DNA of 64,000 nucleotides from Polyangiaceae bacterium (GTDB taxonomy: Bacteria; Myxococcota_A; Polyangia; Polyangiales; Polyangiaceae), in NCBI GenBank assembly GCA_039936055.1, contig JBDTJC010000241.1, forward strand, positions 882 to 64,881, read 5' to 3'. Of the stretch, positions 29,020-42,464 are shown piece after piece. The notes beneath the pieces were generated by a model, which saw nothing but the letters and a program-made list of their open reading frames with translations, made no database searches and had not been told where the DNA came from. Within the stretch, counting starts at the first letter, position 1. The number at the start of each line of letters is the position of its first letter. Position numbers and translations under genes: made by a program.

Positions 29020-29170
29020 CGCGCGATCTGTCGCACAGCGCGAGCGCGGGCACCAGCGTGATAGCGCTCGTTGCGGGCCCGGTGCCCAAACCCCGGACAG
29101 GTCCCTCGCGCTATGTGCGCGGCGCCGGGAACCTTTTCGCCGCTCACTTGTATGACTCCACGCACCCTGC

Positions 29171-29710
29171 ATGGACGACGAATTCCTGATCGAGCAAACC
29201 TTAGCCGGAAACAAGCAGGCCTTTCGGCTGGTTGTGCTGCGCTATCAGCGCCCCCTGTTCCGCTTCCTGGGGCTCTTGGGGTTTCGGGGGGCGCGCGCCG
29301 AAGACGTCGCTCAGGAGACCTTTCTGCGCGCTTTCAAGGCGCTGGCGAGCTTCGACCCAGCGCGGGGTGGCTTTTCAACCTGGCTCTTTAGCATCGCCAG
29401 GCGGCTCGCAATTGGCGAGTGGCAGCGAGCGCGACATGAGACGAGCGCGCCAGTGGCATGCGAGGAAGCCTTGAGCGTTGCGCCGGATCCGGCGCAGAGC
29501 GCGCTTTTGGCGGAACGAGCACGGCGCGTGGAGCGCGCACTATTGGCGCTGCCAGCGCAACTGCGCTCAACGTTCTTCTTTTCTCAGATCAAGGAGCTCA
29601 CGCTGGAGGAAGTAGCGGAGCTCGAAGGCTGCGCGGTTGGCACCGTAAAATCGCGGATTTTCCGCGCGCGCGAACAACTGCGCCTCGCTCTCGCGGAGGA
29701 TGAAACATAA
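29171..29710 (+). CDS. ECF sigma-70 factor
   Basis: AEDVAQETFLRA, FSTWLFSIA, EVAEL....GTVKSRIFRAR. Confidence 0.93.
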   Translation: MDDEFLIEQTLAGNKQAFRLVVLRYQRPLFRFLGLLGFRGARAEDVAQETFLRAFKALASFDPARGGFSTWLFSIARRLAIGEWQRARHETSAPVACEEALSVAPDPAQSALLAERARRVERALLALPAQLRSTFFFSQIKELTLEEVAELEGCAVGTVKSRIFRAREQLRLALAEDET

Positions 29711-30059
29711 CATGATCCATTGCATCGAAGTCCAAGAACGGATTGCCCTAGGGGAGCCGCTGCCCGGTCTCGAACGAAGCCACCTGTCGAGTTGCGCGCA
29801 CTGCAGCTCCGTGGCTGAGACGTATAGTCTACTGGACGCGAGCTTGGAGTCCTTGGCGGAGCCGGTGCCGCAGGGCTTTGCAGATCGCGTGATAAGCCGG
29901 CTTGCGGGGCACGAGGTGGCTCGCTCGCCACGTTGGTTCAATGCGTGCTGGGTCGAACTCGCTTTTGCTAACTTGGCGTTGGCCTGCGCGCTCTTGAACA
30001 CGGTGCGCTTTCTGGCCGGGGTGCTGATCCCGACTGTCAGCCTCGGAGCCACGCCATGA
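29700..30059 (+). CDS. Zinc-binding anti-sigma factor (zf-HC2) with one TM
   Basis: HLSSCAHC (HxxxCxxC); overlaps the sigma gene; C-terminal TM. Confidence 0.8.
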   Translation: MKHNMIHCIEVQERIALGEPLPGLERSHLSSCAHCSSVAETYSLLDASLESLAEPVPQGFADRVISRLAGHEVARSPRWFNACWVELAFANLALACALLNTVRFLAGVLIPTVSLGATP

Positions 30060-30985
30060 ACGACACCGCTCGAAGGCCGAGTTTGGCGCTGGGGGCTGCT
30101 TTGCTCATGCCCGGGCTTGGTCAGCTCTATCTGGGTGATCTCCCGCGCGGGCTGTGTTTCCTCCTCGGGGTGGCGCTCGCGGTCCCGGGCGCGGTTCACC
30201 TAGCTCTGTGGGGCCCACCGCAGCTCTTGTGCTTCCTGGTGTTCGCTGGAGTGGTGACCGCAATGGGGTTGTACGTTTGGTCGGCGTGGGACGCCGTGCT
30301 CGTGGCGCGCTGTCGCTCCAGCAAGGCCTTGCATTCGTGGCAGCGGCCAAGCGTGTACGCGCTGTATGTCGTCGCCAGTTACGTGTTCGTGCTCGCGCCG
30401 TCGACGGCGAGTGTGCGGCGTGATTTCTTGGAAGCGTTCGTGGTTCCGAGCGCCAGTATGAGTCCGGGCATTTTGCCGGGTGATCGAATCTTCGCAGACA
30501 AGACCGCCGGACGGCCCGGCGGAACCAAATTGTGGCGTGGCGCGCCAGTGGTGTTCATCTACCCGAACGATCGCACCAGCATCTTCATCAAGCGGGTCGT
30601 TGGCCTGCCCGGGGATCACGTCGAAATCGACGGGCCGAACCTGCGCGTCAACGGGCGCAACGTATCCCAGGGCGCAAGCGACGCCCCTGTTCCGAGCGCG
30701 TTTGCGGGCCTGCGTGCTTTTCGTGAGCGCGGCGATCGCGGCGAATACACGGTACTCTGGGCGCCGAGCGGCTCTGGAGCGAGCGCCGGTCAATCGCCTG
30801 CCAGCTTCGTCGTGCCCGACGGTCAAGTCCTGGTCCTGGGGGACAATCGCTCCGCGTCAGTCGACTCACGCCGCTTCGGCACCGTGCCCGTCGCCGATGT
30901 CGAGGGTATCGCTCGTCAGGTCTGGTTCTCGGTTTCGGCACGCGACGGTGTGCGCTGGAGCCGGCTCGGGAAGGTACTCGGCTAA
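30056..30985 (+). CDS. lepB: Signal peptidase I with an extended N-terminal membrane region
   Basis: VPSASMSP (catalytic Ser), GDRI, FIKRVVGLPGD (Lys), GDNR..S.DSR.FG. Confidence 0.88.
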   Translation: MNDTARRPSLALGAALLMPGLGQLYLGDLPRGLCFLLGVALAVPGAVHLALWGPPQLLCFLVFAGVVTAMGLYVWSAWDAVLVARCRSSKALHSWQRPSVYALYVVASYVFVLAPSTASVRRDFLEAFVVPSASMSPGILPGDRIFADKTAGRPGGTKLWRGAPVVFIYPNDRTSIFIKRVVGLPGDHVEIDGPNLRVNGRNVSQGASDAPVPSAFAGLRAFRERGDRGEYTVLWAPSGSGASAGQSPASFVVPDGQVLVLGDNRSASVDSRRFGTVPVADVEGIARQVWFSVSARDGVRWSRLGKVLG

Positions 30986-31071
30986 AGTTTTGAAGCGTCC
31001 TCGCCGTGGGACTGAGAGAACCAAACCCGTCGGGCTGCGCAGGCGAGTCAGTGCGCCGGCTACGGCTCCCG

Positions 31072-31548
31072 CTACGGTAGTGCCGCGAGGGCGCGGTGTG
31101 GATGCGCGCCCGTGTGTTGTTCTACTTCCTCCGTCCAGCGCGACGCCGGGTAGTGATTGACCATGAATTCGGCTTCACCGCGGGCTTCGGAGAGATGCCC
31201 GGTGAGGGCGAGGGATTTGATGGCGAGGGCCGTGCGCTCCGGGGCGTCCGGGCTTTCCGGGAAGCGTGCGTTGCCGTCCCGGGCAAGAGTGAGCGCAAGT
31301 TCGGGATCGCGCGCGTCGGCGCGGCGCAGCTCGGTCATGAGTGCGGGCTCATCGAGCAAGGGCGGTGCGAGCGGGGAAGGGCCGTTGCTGACCGGCGGCG
31401 CGTTCGGGGCTGTAACCCGCGAATGCGGCCCTTCGAGCGGTGCGTTCGCGTGCATGCTCGTGTCTAGCAGCGCGCCCGTTCCACGCGCAATCCACCACCC
31501 GCACGCGGCAAGCCCGCAGCAAGCCGCAAGCACCGTGTAGCGCTTCAC
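31072..31548 (-). CDS. Hypothetical exported protein with a TPR-like helical tail
   Basis: GTG overlaps the GH5 stop; hydrophobic N-terminus; ARGEAEFMVNHYPAS helix pair. Confidence 0.6.
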   Translation of the reverse strand: MKRYTVLAACCGLAACGWWIARGTGALLDTSMHANAPLEGPHSRVTAPNAPPVSNGPSPLAPPLLDEPALMTELRRADARDPELALTLARDGNARFPESPDAPERTALAIKSLALTGHLSEARGEAEFMVNHYPASRWTEEVEQHTGAHPHRALAALP

Positions 31549-32870
31549 AGACAATCGAGATCCGCCTTGTGCGCGGTGTACAGCGTTTGCATTGGCACCT
31601 TCATGGCGGGCCACTTGGTGCTGCCGGCGTTGTCGTCGCTCGCGTATTGCCAGGCCCACGCGCCCGCGTAGCCGCCGTCATACAGCGTGGTGTACAGGTT
31701 GGCCGACGCGATGCCGTTCGTGTCGATGGCCCAAAATTCGCCGATTACCACGGGCTTATCGAGTTTCCAATAAGTGACCGGGTGCTTGAACGGTGACACC
31801 ACGGTGCTGTCGCTGGCCCCCCAGTTGTCGTAGTAGTGCACCTCGTAGAAATCGAGCGTGCCTTTGGCGCGCCCGCCCGCGGCTTTGAGTGCGTCGTCCG
31901 CATAGTAGCTGTGATAACTGCCCACGTTCGAGCTGGCGATGAACGTCCATGCGCCGTTGGTTACGCGCGCCGCCGGATCCGCGTTGTGAATCGCGTCAGC
32001 GAACCAATTCACGCACGTTTGGATGACACTCTCGGCGACCTTGTTCGGCGTCCAGCCGTTCTCGGTCGTCATGCCCTCCGGCTCGTTGAAAATTTCCCAC
32101 GAGTACAAGCCCGGGTAACCCTTGAGCGCCGTGACGAGCGGCGTCAGCACGTTGTCGATGTACGCTTGGCGATTCACGTCCTGGGTGAGCAGCGCGGTGT
32201 TGTTGGCCGTGGGCGCATTTCCCCCGGATTGCAGCATGTCGAACGACCACAAGCTGAGGTTCACCATGGCCCCGTTGGCATGCGCCGCATCCAGGATTTT
32301 CTTCACGTCTGCGATGTCGGAATCCGAGATTTTTTTGGCTTTGCCGTCGGCGTCGTAGCCCGGAGTGACGGCTCCGTTGGTTTGAAACCACCACCGAATG
32401 ACGCGCCCGCCCACGCTGACCGAGTCCGTGAACAGCTGGTTGAACTTGCTGATGTCCGGGCTCGGCACGTCCCCCGCGAAGTTGAACCAGGCGACATTCA
32501 CGCCGCTTGCGAACTTGGGGCGACACGTTGCGTTCGCGGCGCCGGCAGCCCCCGCGCTGCCCGCAGCGCTCCCACCATTGCCCGCGCCGGCGAGCGACCC
32601 AACGCTGCCCGCGCCACCGAGCGACCCAACGCTGCCCGCGCCACCGAGATTCGCGTCACCGCTCGTACTCGCTCCCGCCGTGCCTGCCGAGGCGCCGCCC
32701 TGTGCCGCGCCGCCCTGTGCCGCGCCGCCCGCTACGCCCGCGGAGTTCGGCGGCGCACCGGCACCGGCGCCGGCGCCAGCACCATCAGCGCCAGCACCGG
32801 AGCTACACGCCACTAAAGACGAACTGAGTAACGTCACTCCGCACAGTAAGCCGCGAACGTTCATTGTCAT
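31545..32870 (-). CDS. Glycoside hydrolase family 5 (clan GH-A; mannanase/cellulase-like) lipoprotein
   Basis: LVAC lipobox, Gly linker, FNEPE (acid/base), HYY, IGEF (nucleophile), WAWQ. Confidence 0.87.
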   Translation of the reverse strand: MTMNVRGLLCGVTLLSSSLVACSSGAGADGAGAGAGAGAPPNSAGVAGGAAQGGAAQGGASAGTAGASTSGDANLGGAGSVGSLGGAGSVGSLAGAGNGGSAAGSAGAAGAANATCRPKFASGVNVAWFNFAGDVPSPDISKFNQLFTDSVSVGGRVIRWWFQTNGAVTPGYDADGKAKKISDSDIADVKKILDAAHANGAMVNLSLWSFDMLQSGGNAPTANNTALLTQDVNRQAYIDNVLTPLVTALKGYPGLYSWEIFNEPEGMTTENGWTPNKVAESVIQTCVNWFADAIHNADPAARVTNGAWTFIASSNVGSYHSYYADDALKAAGGRAKGTLDFYEVHYYDNWGASDSTVVSPFKHPVTYWKLDKPVVIGEFWAIDTNGIASANLYTTLYDGGYAGAWAWQYASDDNAGSTKWPAMKVPMQTLYTAHKADLDCL

Positions 32871-33068
32871 TCCTAACCAGGCTCGCCGTTTCGTGCTGAA
32901 ACCGAGCGCTCTTCATGCGCGGAAGTGCCACGAACGATCACCTGTGGGAAGCATTTTTCCCGATCCGGTTGCGCCGGCTTTTGCGGGGGTTTGTCTCGGT
33001 TTTCCCGGTGCGGTGGCCGGCGCGATCGATCCAAGGTAGACGACGCGCGTGCTGAAACGAGGCGTATT

Positions 33069-33881
33069 TTGAGCTTATTGGTAGCGATTCTGTTGGGCAT
33101 CGTGGAAGGCCTGACCGAGTACTTGCCGGTCTCTTCCACGGGACATTTGATTCTGGTCAGCCAGCTGTTGGGCGAGACCAGCGAGGGCGCGAAGGCGTTC
33201 GACATCGTGATTCAGCTCGGCGCGATTCTAGCGGTGGCGGTGCACTACCGCCGTTTGCTCGGCGCTCGCCTCGTGGGGTTGCTGCGCGGAGACATCGCTG
33301 CGGTGCGCTTGGCCATCGCGCTCGGCGTCGCGTTCGCGCCCGCTGCCGCGATTGGCCTGCTGCTGCACAAGACGATCAAGGAGCACCTCTTCGGTCCGAT
33401 GCCGGTTGCCATCGCGCTGTTCGTCGGTGGCGTGCTGATGATCGTCGTCGAGCGGGTGCGCGCGAACAAGCAGATCACCGGTTTGGTCGGTCTGGAACAT
33501 GTGACGCCGGGGCGCGCCCTCGTGATCGGCCTCGGTCAGTGCTTCTCGCTCTGGCCCGGTTCGTCGCGCTCGATGTGCACCATCGTGGCTGGCCAAGCCA
33601 CTGGGCTTTCCACTGCAACCGCCGCGGAATTCTCGTTCTTGTTGGCTTTGCCGACGCTCGGTGCGGCGACCCTGTTCGAGGGCTTCAAGGCACGCCACGA
33701 GCTGGGCTCGTCGTCCGTGGGCGGGGCGCAGGTGTGGGTCGGGCTGGTTGTCTCGTTCTTCGTGGCCTGGGGCGTGATCTCGGTGTTCATCCGGTACCTG
33801 CAGCGCCGCGGCCTCGAGCCGTTCGGTTACTACCGCATCGTGCTCTCGGCCGTGGTGCTGTGGCTTGCGCTGAAAGGCTGA
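33069..33881 (+). CDS. uppP: Undecaprenyl-diphosphate phosphatase
   Basis: GIVEGLTEYLPVSSTGHL, IQLGAILA, PGSSRS, AAEFSFLL, FGYYR. Confidence 0.95.
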   Translation: MSLLVAILLGIVEGLTEYLPVSSTGHLILVSQLLGETSEGAKAFDIVIQLGAILAVAVHYRRLLGARLVGLLRGDIAAVRLAIALGVAFAPAAAIGLLLHKTIKEHLFGPMPVAIALFVGGVLMIVVERVRANKQITGLVGLEHVTPGRALVIGLGQCFSLWPGSSRSMCTIVAGQATGLSTATAAEFSFLLALPTLGAATLFEGFKARHELGSSSVGGAQVWVGLVVSFFVAWGVISVFIRYLQRRGLEPFGYYRIVLSAVVLWLALKG

Positions 33882-33952
33882 CGCGGGCGAAGCGCGCCGC
33901 GTGCTTGTTCGCACTGAGCGGCGCGTGCGTCCGATCCGGGTGCGCCGCGTCT

Positions 33953-34768
33953 TCAGCGATAGAAGTCCTGAACCAGCCAGATCTTACCGTTGGGCGCGCT
34001 ACTGAAGCCGCATGACACGTTGTGGAACGTCGGGTCAACGATGTTCAAATAGTGCCCGTGGCCGCCGGAAAAAGGTCCCGGGCCTTCAGCGAACATTTGC
34101 GCGAGGCATTTGTCGATCAGTTGGTCGAGCGGGCCCGGCCAACCCGGGCATTCGTTCTGGCCGGCCTCCTGGCAGTGCCCGAATGCGCCATGCGCAGTGC
34201 TGGTGGCGCCGTCGCTTTGGGCCTCGCCGTCTTCGCAGGCTTCGCGCGCAGCTTGGCGCACGAGCAAGCCGGGGGTGACGGTGGCGCGAAACTCGTTGGT
34301 GCGCTGCACGCAGTGGGCGCGGAGGGCGTCTAGTGAATCCGCGGAGGAAGAGGGAGAGGCGGGCACGGGCACGGGCACGGGCACGGGCACGGGCACGGGC
34401 ACGTTTGGGGGAGCCGGCGTTGTGGTGGGTGGAGCGGCGCCGGGGAAGCACGCGTAGCCGAGCCAGGTGGGCAGGCACTGCGAGCCGGGCTTACACGCCG
34501 CGGAGCTGGTGCAGCCGCCGCAGCGGTTGGCGACGCAGTGCGAGAAGGGGCACTGCAGGTCTTGGTCGCTCACGCAGGGCATGCCGACAGCGGGCGCACC
34601 GCTCACGGGGGTGGACGCTGGCGTTGCAGCGCTGCCGCCTGCGGGCACGACCGAAGTGACCGGCGTGCCGATGGGCACGGGGTAGCTCGCAGGCGGATCT
34701 TCTTTCTTGCACGTCGCGAGCACGCACGCGCTGCTCGCAACGAGCGCAAAAACCAAGCGATTCAGCAC
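33953..34768 (-). CDS. Cys-rich lipoprotein with a C-terminal CAP/SCP-like domain
   Basis: LATC lipobox; (PV)n linker; N.FRA, AH, QNE, GHYLNI, VSCG, WLVQDF. Confidence 0.75.
   Translation of the reverse strand: MLNRLVFALVASSACVLATCKKEDPPASYPVPIGTPVTSVVPAGGSAATPASTPVSGAPAVGMPCVSDQDLQCPFSHCVANRCGGCTSSAACKPGSQCLPTWLGYACFPGAAPPTTTPAPPNVPVPVPVPVPVPVPASPSSSADSLDALRAHCVQRTNEFRATVTPGLLVRQAAREACEDGEAQSDGATSTAHGAFGHCQEAGQNECPGWPGPLDQLIDKCLAQMFAEGPGPFSGGHGHYLNIVDPTFHNVSCGFSSAPNGKIWLVQDFYR
34361..34402. repeat. (GGGCAC)7 tandem repeat encoding a (PV)n linker
   Basis: Seven exact hexamer units read directly. Confidence 0.9.
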
Positions 34769-34784
34769 GGTTTCAGGCCGCGCT

Positions 34785-36173
34785 TCACTGCGGCGTGTTC
34801 CAGCCGCCCACGTCGGCGACCAAGCGATCCGCTTGCGGCGGACCCCAGCTGCCGGGTTCGTACTCGAACATCGGGCTCGGCCCATGAATCACCGGATCGA
34901 CGATGGCCCACGCCGCCTCGACCACGTCTTGGCGCGCGAACAGGGTGGCATCACCCGCCATCGCGTCACCGAGCAGGCGCTCATAGGGGCCGAGGCGACC
35001 GTCCGTGCCTTGCTCGTTGGCTTCCACGACCGAGAGCTCGACAGGACGCCCGCGCATGCCTTCACCCGGACGCTTCGCGCGTGCACCAATGGCGATCGCG
35101 ACCTCCGGGTTCAACCGAAAGCGCAGGTAGTTACCCATGGAAGGCGCTGCCTCACTGAACACCACCTGCGGCGGGTTGTTCAACTCGATCGTGACCTCCG
35201 TCACGGTCTTCGCGAGTGACTTCCCGGCGCGGACGTAGAACGGCACGCCTTCCCAGCGCCACGAGTCCACATGCAGGCGCAGCGCAGCGTAAGTGGCCAT
35301 GTACGAGTCCGAATTCACGCCTGGTTCGTCGCGGTAGCCGCGGAATTGGCCGCGAACCATCTGGTCCGGGCTGATGGGACGGATCGTACGCAGTACCTTG
35401 GCCTGCTCGTCGCGTACGGCTTCTGGGTACGTGCTGGAGGGCGCTTCCATCGCGAGGTAGCTGACGATCTGCAGCAAGTGATTCTGGATCACGTCGCGGA
35501 TCACCCCGGTCTCGTCGTAGAACTTGCCGCGGCCTTTGACGCCGAAGTCCTCCGCCATGGTGATCTGTACGTTCTCGACATAGCGGCGGTTCCAGATTGG
35601 ATCCAGGAACGCATTCGCGTACCGGAAATACAGGATGTTTTGGACCGCTTCTTTGCCCAAGAAGTGATCGATGCGAAAGATCGACTCTTCGGGAAATACT
35701 TCGTGCAAGGTGACGTTTAGAGCCTTGGCGGTGGCCAAGTCACGTCCGAAGGGCTTCTCCAACACGACGCGTGCGGGTGACGTGCAACCGGCCTTCTGCA
35801 GTTGCTGCACGACCGTTCCGAACATCGAAGGCGGGATGGCGAGGTAGTGCGTGGGTAAAGTCGCGCCGCCGAGCGCGGCCTTGAGTTGCGCGAACGTGTT
35901 CGGATCGTTGTAGTCACCGTCCACGTAACGAAGCTGCTTGGCGAGGATCGCGAAGGCGTCGGGATCGAGCCCGCCGTATTCCGTGCAGCTCGCCTTCGCG
36001 CGTTCGATCAGTTGCTCGAGCGTGGAGTTCGACTTGGCGACCCCGACGATCGGAAAGGTCAAAACGCCGCGGCGCGCCATGCGCTGTAGCGCGGGGAAGA
36101 TCTTCTTGTACGCGAGGTCCCCGGTCGCGCCGAAGAAGGACAGCGCATCGGATCGCGGTTTTGCGTCGCTCAT
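34785..36173 (-). CDS. zwf: Glucose-6-phosphate 1-dehydrogenase
   Basis: [55 protein letters not shown]. Confidence 0.95.
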   Translation of the reverse strand: MSDAKPRSDALSFFGATGDLAYKKIFPALQRMARRGVLTFPIVGVAKSNSTLEQLIERAKASCTEYGGLDPDAFAILAKQLRYVDGDYNDPNTFAQLKAALGGATLPTHYLAIPPSMFGTVVQQLQKAGCTSPARVVLEKPFGRDLATAKALNVTLHEVFPEESIFRIDHFLGKEAVQNILYFRYANAFLDPIWNRRYVENVQITMAEDFGVKGRGKFYDETGVIRDVIQNHLLQIVSYLAMEAPSSTYPEAVRDEQAKVLRTIRPISPDQMVRGQFRGYRDEPGVNSDSYMATYAALRLHVDSWRWEGVPFYVRAGKSLAKTVTEVTIELNNPPQVVFSEAAPSMGNYLRFRLNPEVAIAIGARAKRPGEGMRGRPVELSVVEANEQGTDGRLGPYERLLGDAMAGDATLFARQDVVEAAWAIVDPVIHGPSPMFEYEPGSWGPPQADRLVADVGGWNTPQ

Positions 36174-36322
36174 GTCGGCAGGGTAGTCGAAAGCGCGTGC
36201 CCTCACCGGTTCCGGAATGTGTGCCCGGCCCGCTTCGAAATTTGCAACGATTTCCACGTCTTGCAGGAAGGGCTGTGCGTGTGTTCAGTGTCCTGCTAGG
36301 CCATGGCCTCAAAGGAGCTCGC

Positions 36323-36700
36323 ATGGATCCGAATAGCCGCCCCGCGTTGAAGAGCATCGAAACCCCGTCTGTCCGCTCGTTCCAGGCCTTGGACCACTTC
36401 GTCACCGCCGGCGGAATGCGCGTCACCTACTACGCCCTCTCGCTAGACCAGGTGCCCGCTGATTTCTTCGCCGACCCAGACGGCGCCTGGAGTTACGACC
36501 TACTCGCGCGCGCGGCGGGTTTCGCATCGCACAGCGGGGTCGCCATCGGCGCGCTCAAGGCGGGGTTCAATGGGCACCCGGAAGGCGCGGCGGTGGTCAC
36601 GCTCAACGCGCTGACCCGCCCGTACATCGCGGTCGTGGAGTGCCCGATCGCTTACGACTACCTGGCGCAGCCGGAGGACTCGGCGAGCTCCGCGGCGTAA
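36323..36700 (+). CDS. Hypothetical protein
   Basis: AAAGGAG RBS before ATG; GC-biased codon usage. Confidence 0.7.
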   Translation: MDPNSRPALKSIETPSVRSFQALDHFVTAGGMRVTYYALSLDQVPADFFADPDGAWSYDLLARAAGFASHSGVAIGALKAGFNGHPEGAAVVTLNALTRPYIAVVECPIAYDYLAQPEDSASSAA

Positions 36701-36701
36701 G

Positions 36702-37043
36702 TTAGCTGCCGCCGCCCTGGATCACGCGAAACTGCGCGCGGGCGCCGAGCACGGTTTGGATGCGCAGGCTGGCTTGCGCGTCGCGCATGAAGCTGCCTGG
36801 GAAGCGCAGCCGCTGTTCGAGCTCACACACGCACTCCGCGAATTCGAAGTCCGCGACTTCGAGGGCCCGTTCGCGGGCTACCGAGAGCTCCGCGCTCAGC
36901 CAGGCCTGCACCAGTTCGAGCGCGGGGGCGGGCAGCTCACTCAGGCGTTGGCGCGCCGGTTCTGCGGCAATTTCGAGCTCGATCAGCCGCGCCGGGGCGA
37001 GCAGGTGGTCGGGGTCGCGGTCCGGATCTCGCAAATCACTCAC
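36702..37043 (-). CDS. Hypothetical protein ending FRVIQGG
   Basis: Fills the gap between convergent/divergent neighbours; plausible codon usage. Confidence 0.55.
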   Translation of the reverse strand: MSDLRDPDRDPDHLLAPARLIELEIAAEPARQRLSELPAPALELVQAWLSAELSVARERALEVADFEFAECVCELEQRLRFPGSFMRDAQASLRIQTVLGARAQFRVIQGGGS

Positions 37044-37116
37044 GTTTTTCAGTGTGCCCGAAGTTACACGCAATGGAAATAGCCGAGTTCGCTTTTGTGC
37101 CATGCTTCGCCTGCAC

Positions 37117-38565
37117 ATGACTTCTGCGGATCGTTCGGCACCCGTGCCCCCCCATTTGCTCCCTAAAGCGCTGCTCGTTGGCGTGCGGCTGCCTGGCGTT
37201 TCGGAACAGGAATTCGAGGCCAGCCTCGACGAACTCGAGCGCTTGGTGAAAACGCTGGGCTACCGCGTCGCGTCGCGCATGACCCAAACCCGGGCGACCC
37301 TCGCGCCCACCGCCGTATTGGGGCAGGGCAAGCTCATGGAGCTTGCCGCGATCACCGGCGGCTCAGGCGAGGGGGGCGTGCAGGTCGACCGCGTGAAGGA
37401 CAAGGCGCGCATCCGCCGTGAAGCGGTGGAAGCGGGCAAGACCATCCCCGATGACGACGCGGACGACGACAGCGACAGCGCGGACGACGAAGGCGAAGCC
37501 GTGGCGAACGCCGGCGAGCTTGCCGATCTCGAGCTGATCGCCGTCGATCACGAGATCAGTCCGAGCCAGCTGCGCAATCTGGAGCGCGCCACGGGCCGCT
37601 CCGTGTTGGATCGCACGGGCGTGATCATCGAGATTTTTCATCGTCACGCGCACAGTCGCGAGGCGCGCATGCAAGTCGAGATTGCGCGGCTGCGCTATGA
37701 ATCGCCGCGCGTGCGCGAATCACCGCACGGCAAGGAGCGCCAGGCCGGTCGCGGCTCCGGTGAAGCCGGGCTCGAACTCGACAGACGCAAGATTCGCGAC
37801 CGCATCGCGGAGCTCAAAGAGCAGCTCGAGGCCGTGCAGCGCGAATACAGCGTGCGCCGTGCCAAGCGCCAAGAAGCCCGTCGCGTCGCCCTCGTGGGCT
37901 ACACGAATGCCGGCAAATCATCCTTGATGCGCGCGCTCACCGGCAGCGAGGTGTACGTCGAAAACAAGCTCTTTGCGACGCTCGACACGACCGTGCGCGC
38001 GCTCGCGCCCGAGGTCCTGCCGCGCATCCTCGTCAGTGATACCGTTGGCTTCATCAAGAAGCTGCCGCATGACTTGGTCGCGAGCTTTAAGTCCACCTTG
38101 GACGAAGCCAGCGAGGCGTCACTCTTGTTGCACGTGGTGGACGCTTCGGATCCGAGTTGGGAGGCTCAACTCGCGGTCACCCGGGAAGTACTCACCGAAA
38201 TCGGCGCGCACGCGGTGCCCAGCCGTTTGCTGATGAATAAGATCGATTGCCTCACGGCGGACGCGCTCACCGAACTCCGAGCAGCGCAGCCCGACGCTTG
38301 GTTCCTGTCCGCCAGGAACTCCGCGGACGTGGCCGCGCTACGCTTGCGCATCATCGAGTTCTTCGAGGCAAGCTACGTGCGCGCGGAAGTGCTGGTGCCG
38401 TTCAGCGAGCAGCGCCTGCTCGCTGAAATGCACGCCGCCATGAATGTTCTCGGCACGCGCTACGAAGAAGCGGGCGTGTTCGTGCAAGTGCGCTGCGAGG
38501 CTGCTGCTTTGGATAAGCTAAGCGCTCGCTTGCCGGGCGGCTCAGTAACCTTGTTGGCTGAGTAA
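37117..38565 (+). CDS. hflX: GTPase HflX
   Basis: DRTGVIIEIF..HA.SREA..QVE.A, GYTNAGKS, LFATLD, DTVGFI, NKID. Confidence 0.95.
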   Translation: MTSADRSAPVPPHLLPKALLVGVRLPGVSEQEFEASLDELERLVKTLGYRVASRMTQTRATLAPTAVLGQGKLMELAAITGGSGEGGVQVDRVKDKARIRREAVEAGKTIPDDDADDDSDSADDEGEAVANAGELADLELIAVDHEISPSQLRNLERATGRSVLDRTGVIIEIFHRHAHSREARMQVEIARLRYESPRVRESPHGKERQAGRGSGEAGLELDRRKIRDRIAELKEQLEAVQREYSVRRAKRQEARRVALVGYTNAGKSSLMRALTGSEVYVENKLFATLDTTVRALAPEVLPRILVSDTVGFIKKLPHDLVASFKSTLDEASEASLLLHVVDASDPSWEAQLAVTREVLTEIGAHAVPSRLLMNKIDCLTADALTELRAAQPDAWFLSARNSADVAALRLRIIEFFEASYVRAEVLVPFSEQRLLAEMHAAMNVLGTRYEEAGVFVQVRCEAAALDKLSARLPGGSVTLLAE

Positions 38566-39234
38566 GTCTTTCAGCCGCGGTTGATCTTTGATGTCGGCCT
38601 TCGCCACCTGTTTGCGCAGGCTGGCGATGGTATTGTGCGCCCAGCTTTTCTGAAACATGTTTACGATCCACTTGGCGACGGAGCCTTTGGGGTCGGCTAA
38701 AACCTGCGCTACCACGAGCGTCTTCTTGCCGCCTTCGATCGAGGTGAGCACGAACGCGCCGTCCTCGAACTCCCCGCGCACGTAGTCCGTTTTTGGTGCC
38801 CCCGAGTCGTACACCGAGTGGTAGTTGAGCATCACCTTTTTGTTCGGCGGGTCGAGCACGAGCTTGATGTCGAACACGAAGTCCCGGTCCTTCAGGATCA
38901 TGGGCGTCGCGATGTGATTCCAGTGAATGTATTCGTCATCGTTGAGCTGGCGGATGACCTTGACCTCCGCAAGCTTGTCGATCCACTCCGGGGCACGCGC
39001 GCTGTCGACGAGCACACTCGCGACGCGCAGGATCGGTGCGTTGACTACGCCCTCGCCGCGTAGCGCAATGATCGGGCTGCCCGCAACTTCACGTCGGAAG
39101 ACGGAAATGCCGTCGGCCTCGTCGAACTTCTCCCAGGGGGCGGCCTTGGCCGCAGCTCCGTCCGCGTTGGCCACGGCGGACAAGCAAACCAGAGCACACG
39201 CCGGAAGGACGCGCCGAGCCGCAGACGCCATCAT
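38542..39234 (-). CDS. Secreted START-domain lipid-binding protein
   Basis: Signal peptide; W.....GI.VFRR, P...KDRDFV, DPKGS...W.VN. Confidence 0.85.
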   Translation of the reverse strand: MMASAARRVLPACALVCLSAVANADGAAAKAAPWEKFDEADGISVFRREVAGSPIIALRGEGVVNAPILRVASVLVDSARAPEWIDKLAEVKVIRQLNDDEYIHWNHIATPMILKDRDFVFDIKLVLDPPNKKVMLNYHSVYDSGAPKTDYVRGEFEDGAFVLTSIEGGKKTLVVAQVLADPKGSVAKWIVNMFQKSWAHNTIASLRKQVAKADIKDQPRLKDLLSQQGY

Positions 39235-39421
39235 GGGGTCCCAAATTTAGACGTTTCTAAGCGCCGCGCAACTTTCGTTCGACATCCGCGCGTAACGCGC
39301 GCGTTACGGTTAGCGCGGCAGCGCTCCGTCCACAGCGCCCCCGCGCTGAACCGAAAAAAATCGTGGCTGAAAGCACGGAGAGCCTTGCCTCTGACGCGGC
39401 CGGTAGTATCTTCGCCGGTCC

Positions 39422-42337
<2,916 letters not shown>

Positions 42338-42464
42338 GGGCACCCCAAAACGCAGCCTTGATTGGTGAAGGGGCCGGAAGCCCTTCTATGGATCAAGAGT
42401 GCCACAAAACGTGCCCGGCTAGCTTGTAGGGTGGGGGGCGTAGTAGGACTGGATCGGGTCGGTC

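Noticed and set aside
32590-32730. 27-bp and 15-bp tandem duplications
   Set aside because: In-frame repeats encoding the Gly/Ala linker of the GH5 lipoprotein, not an independent element.
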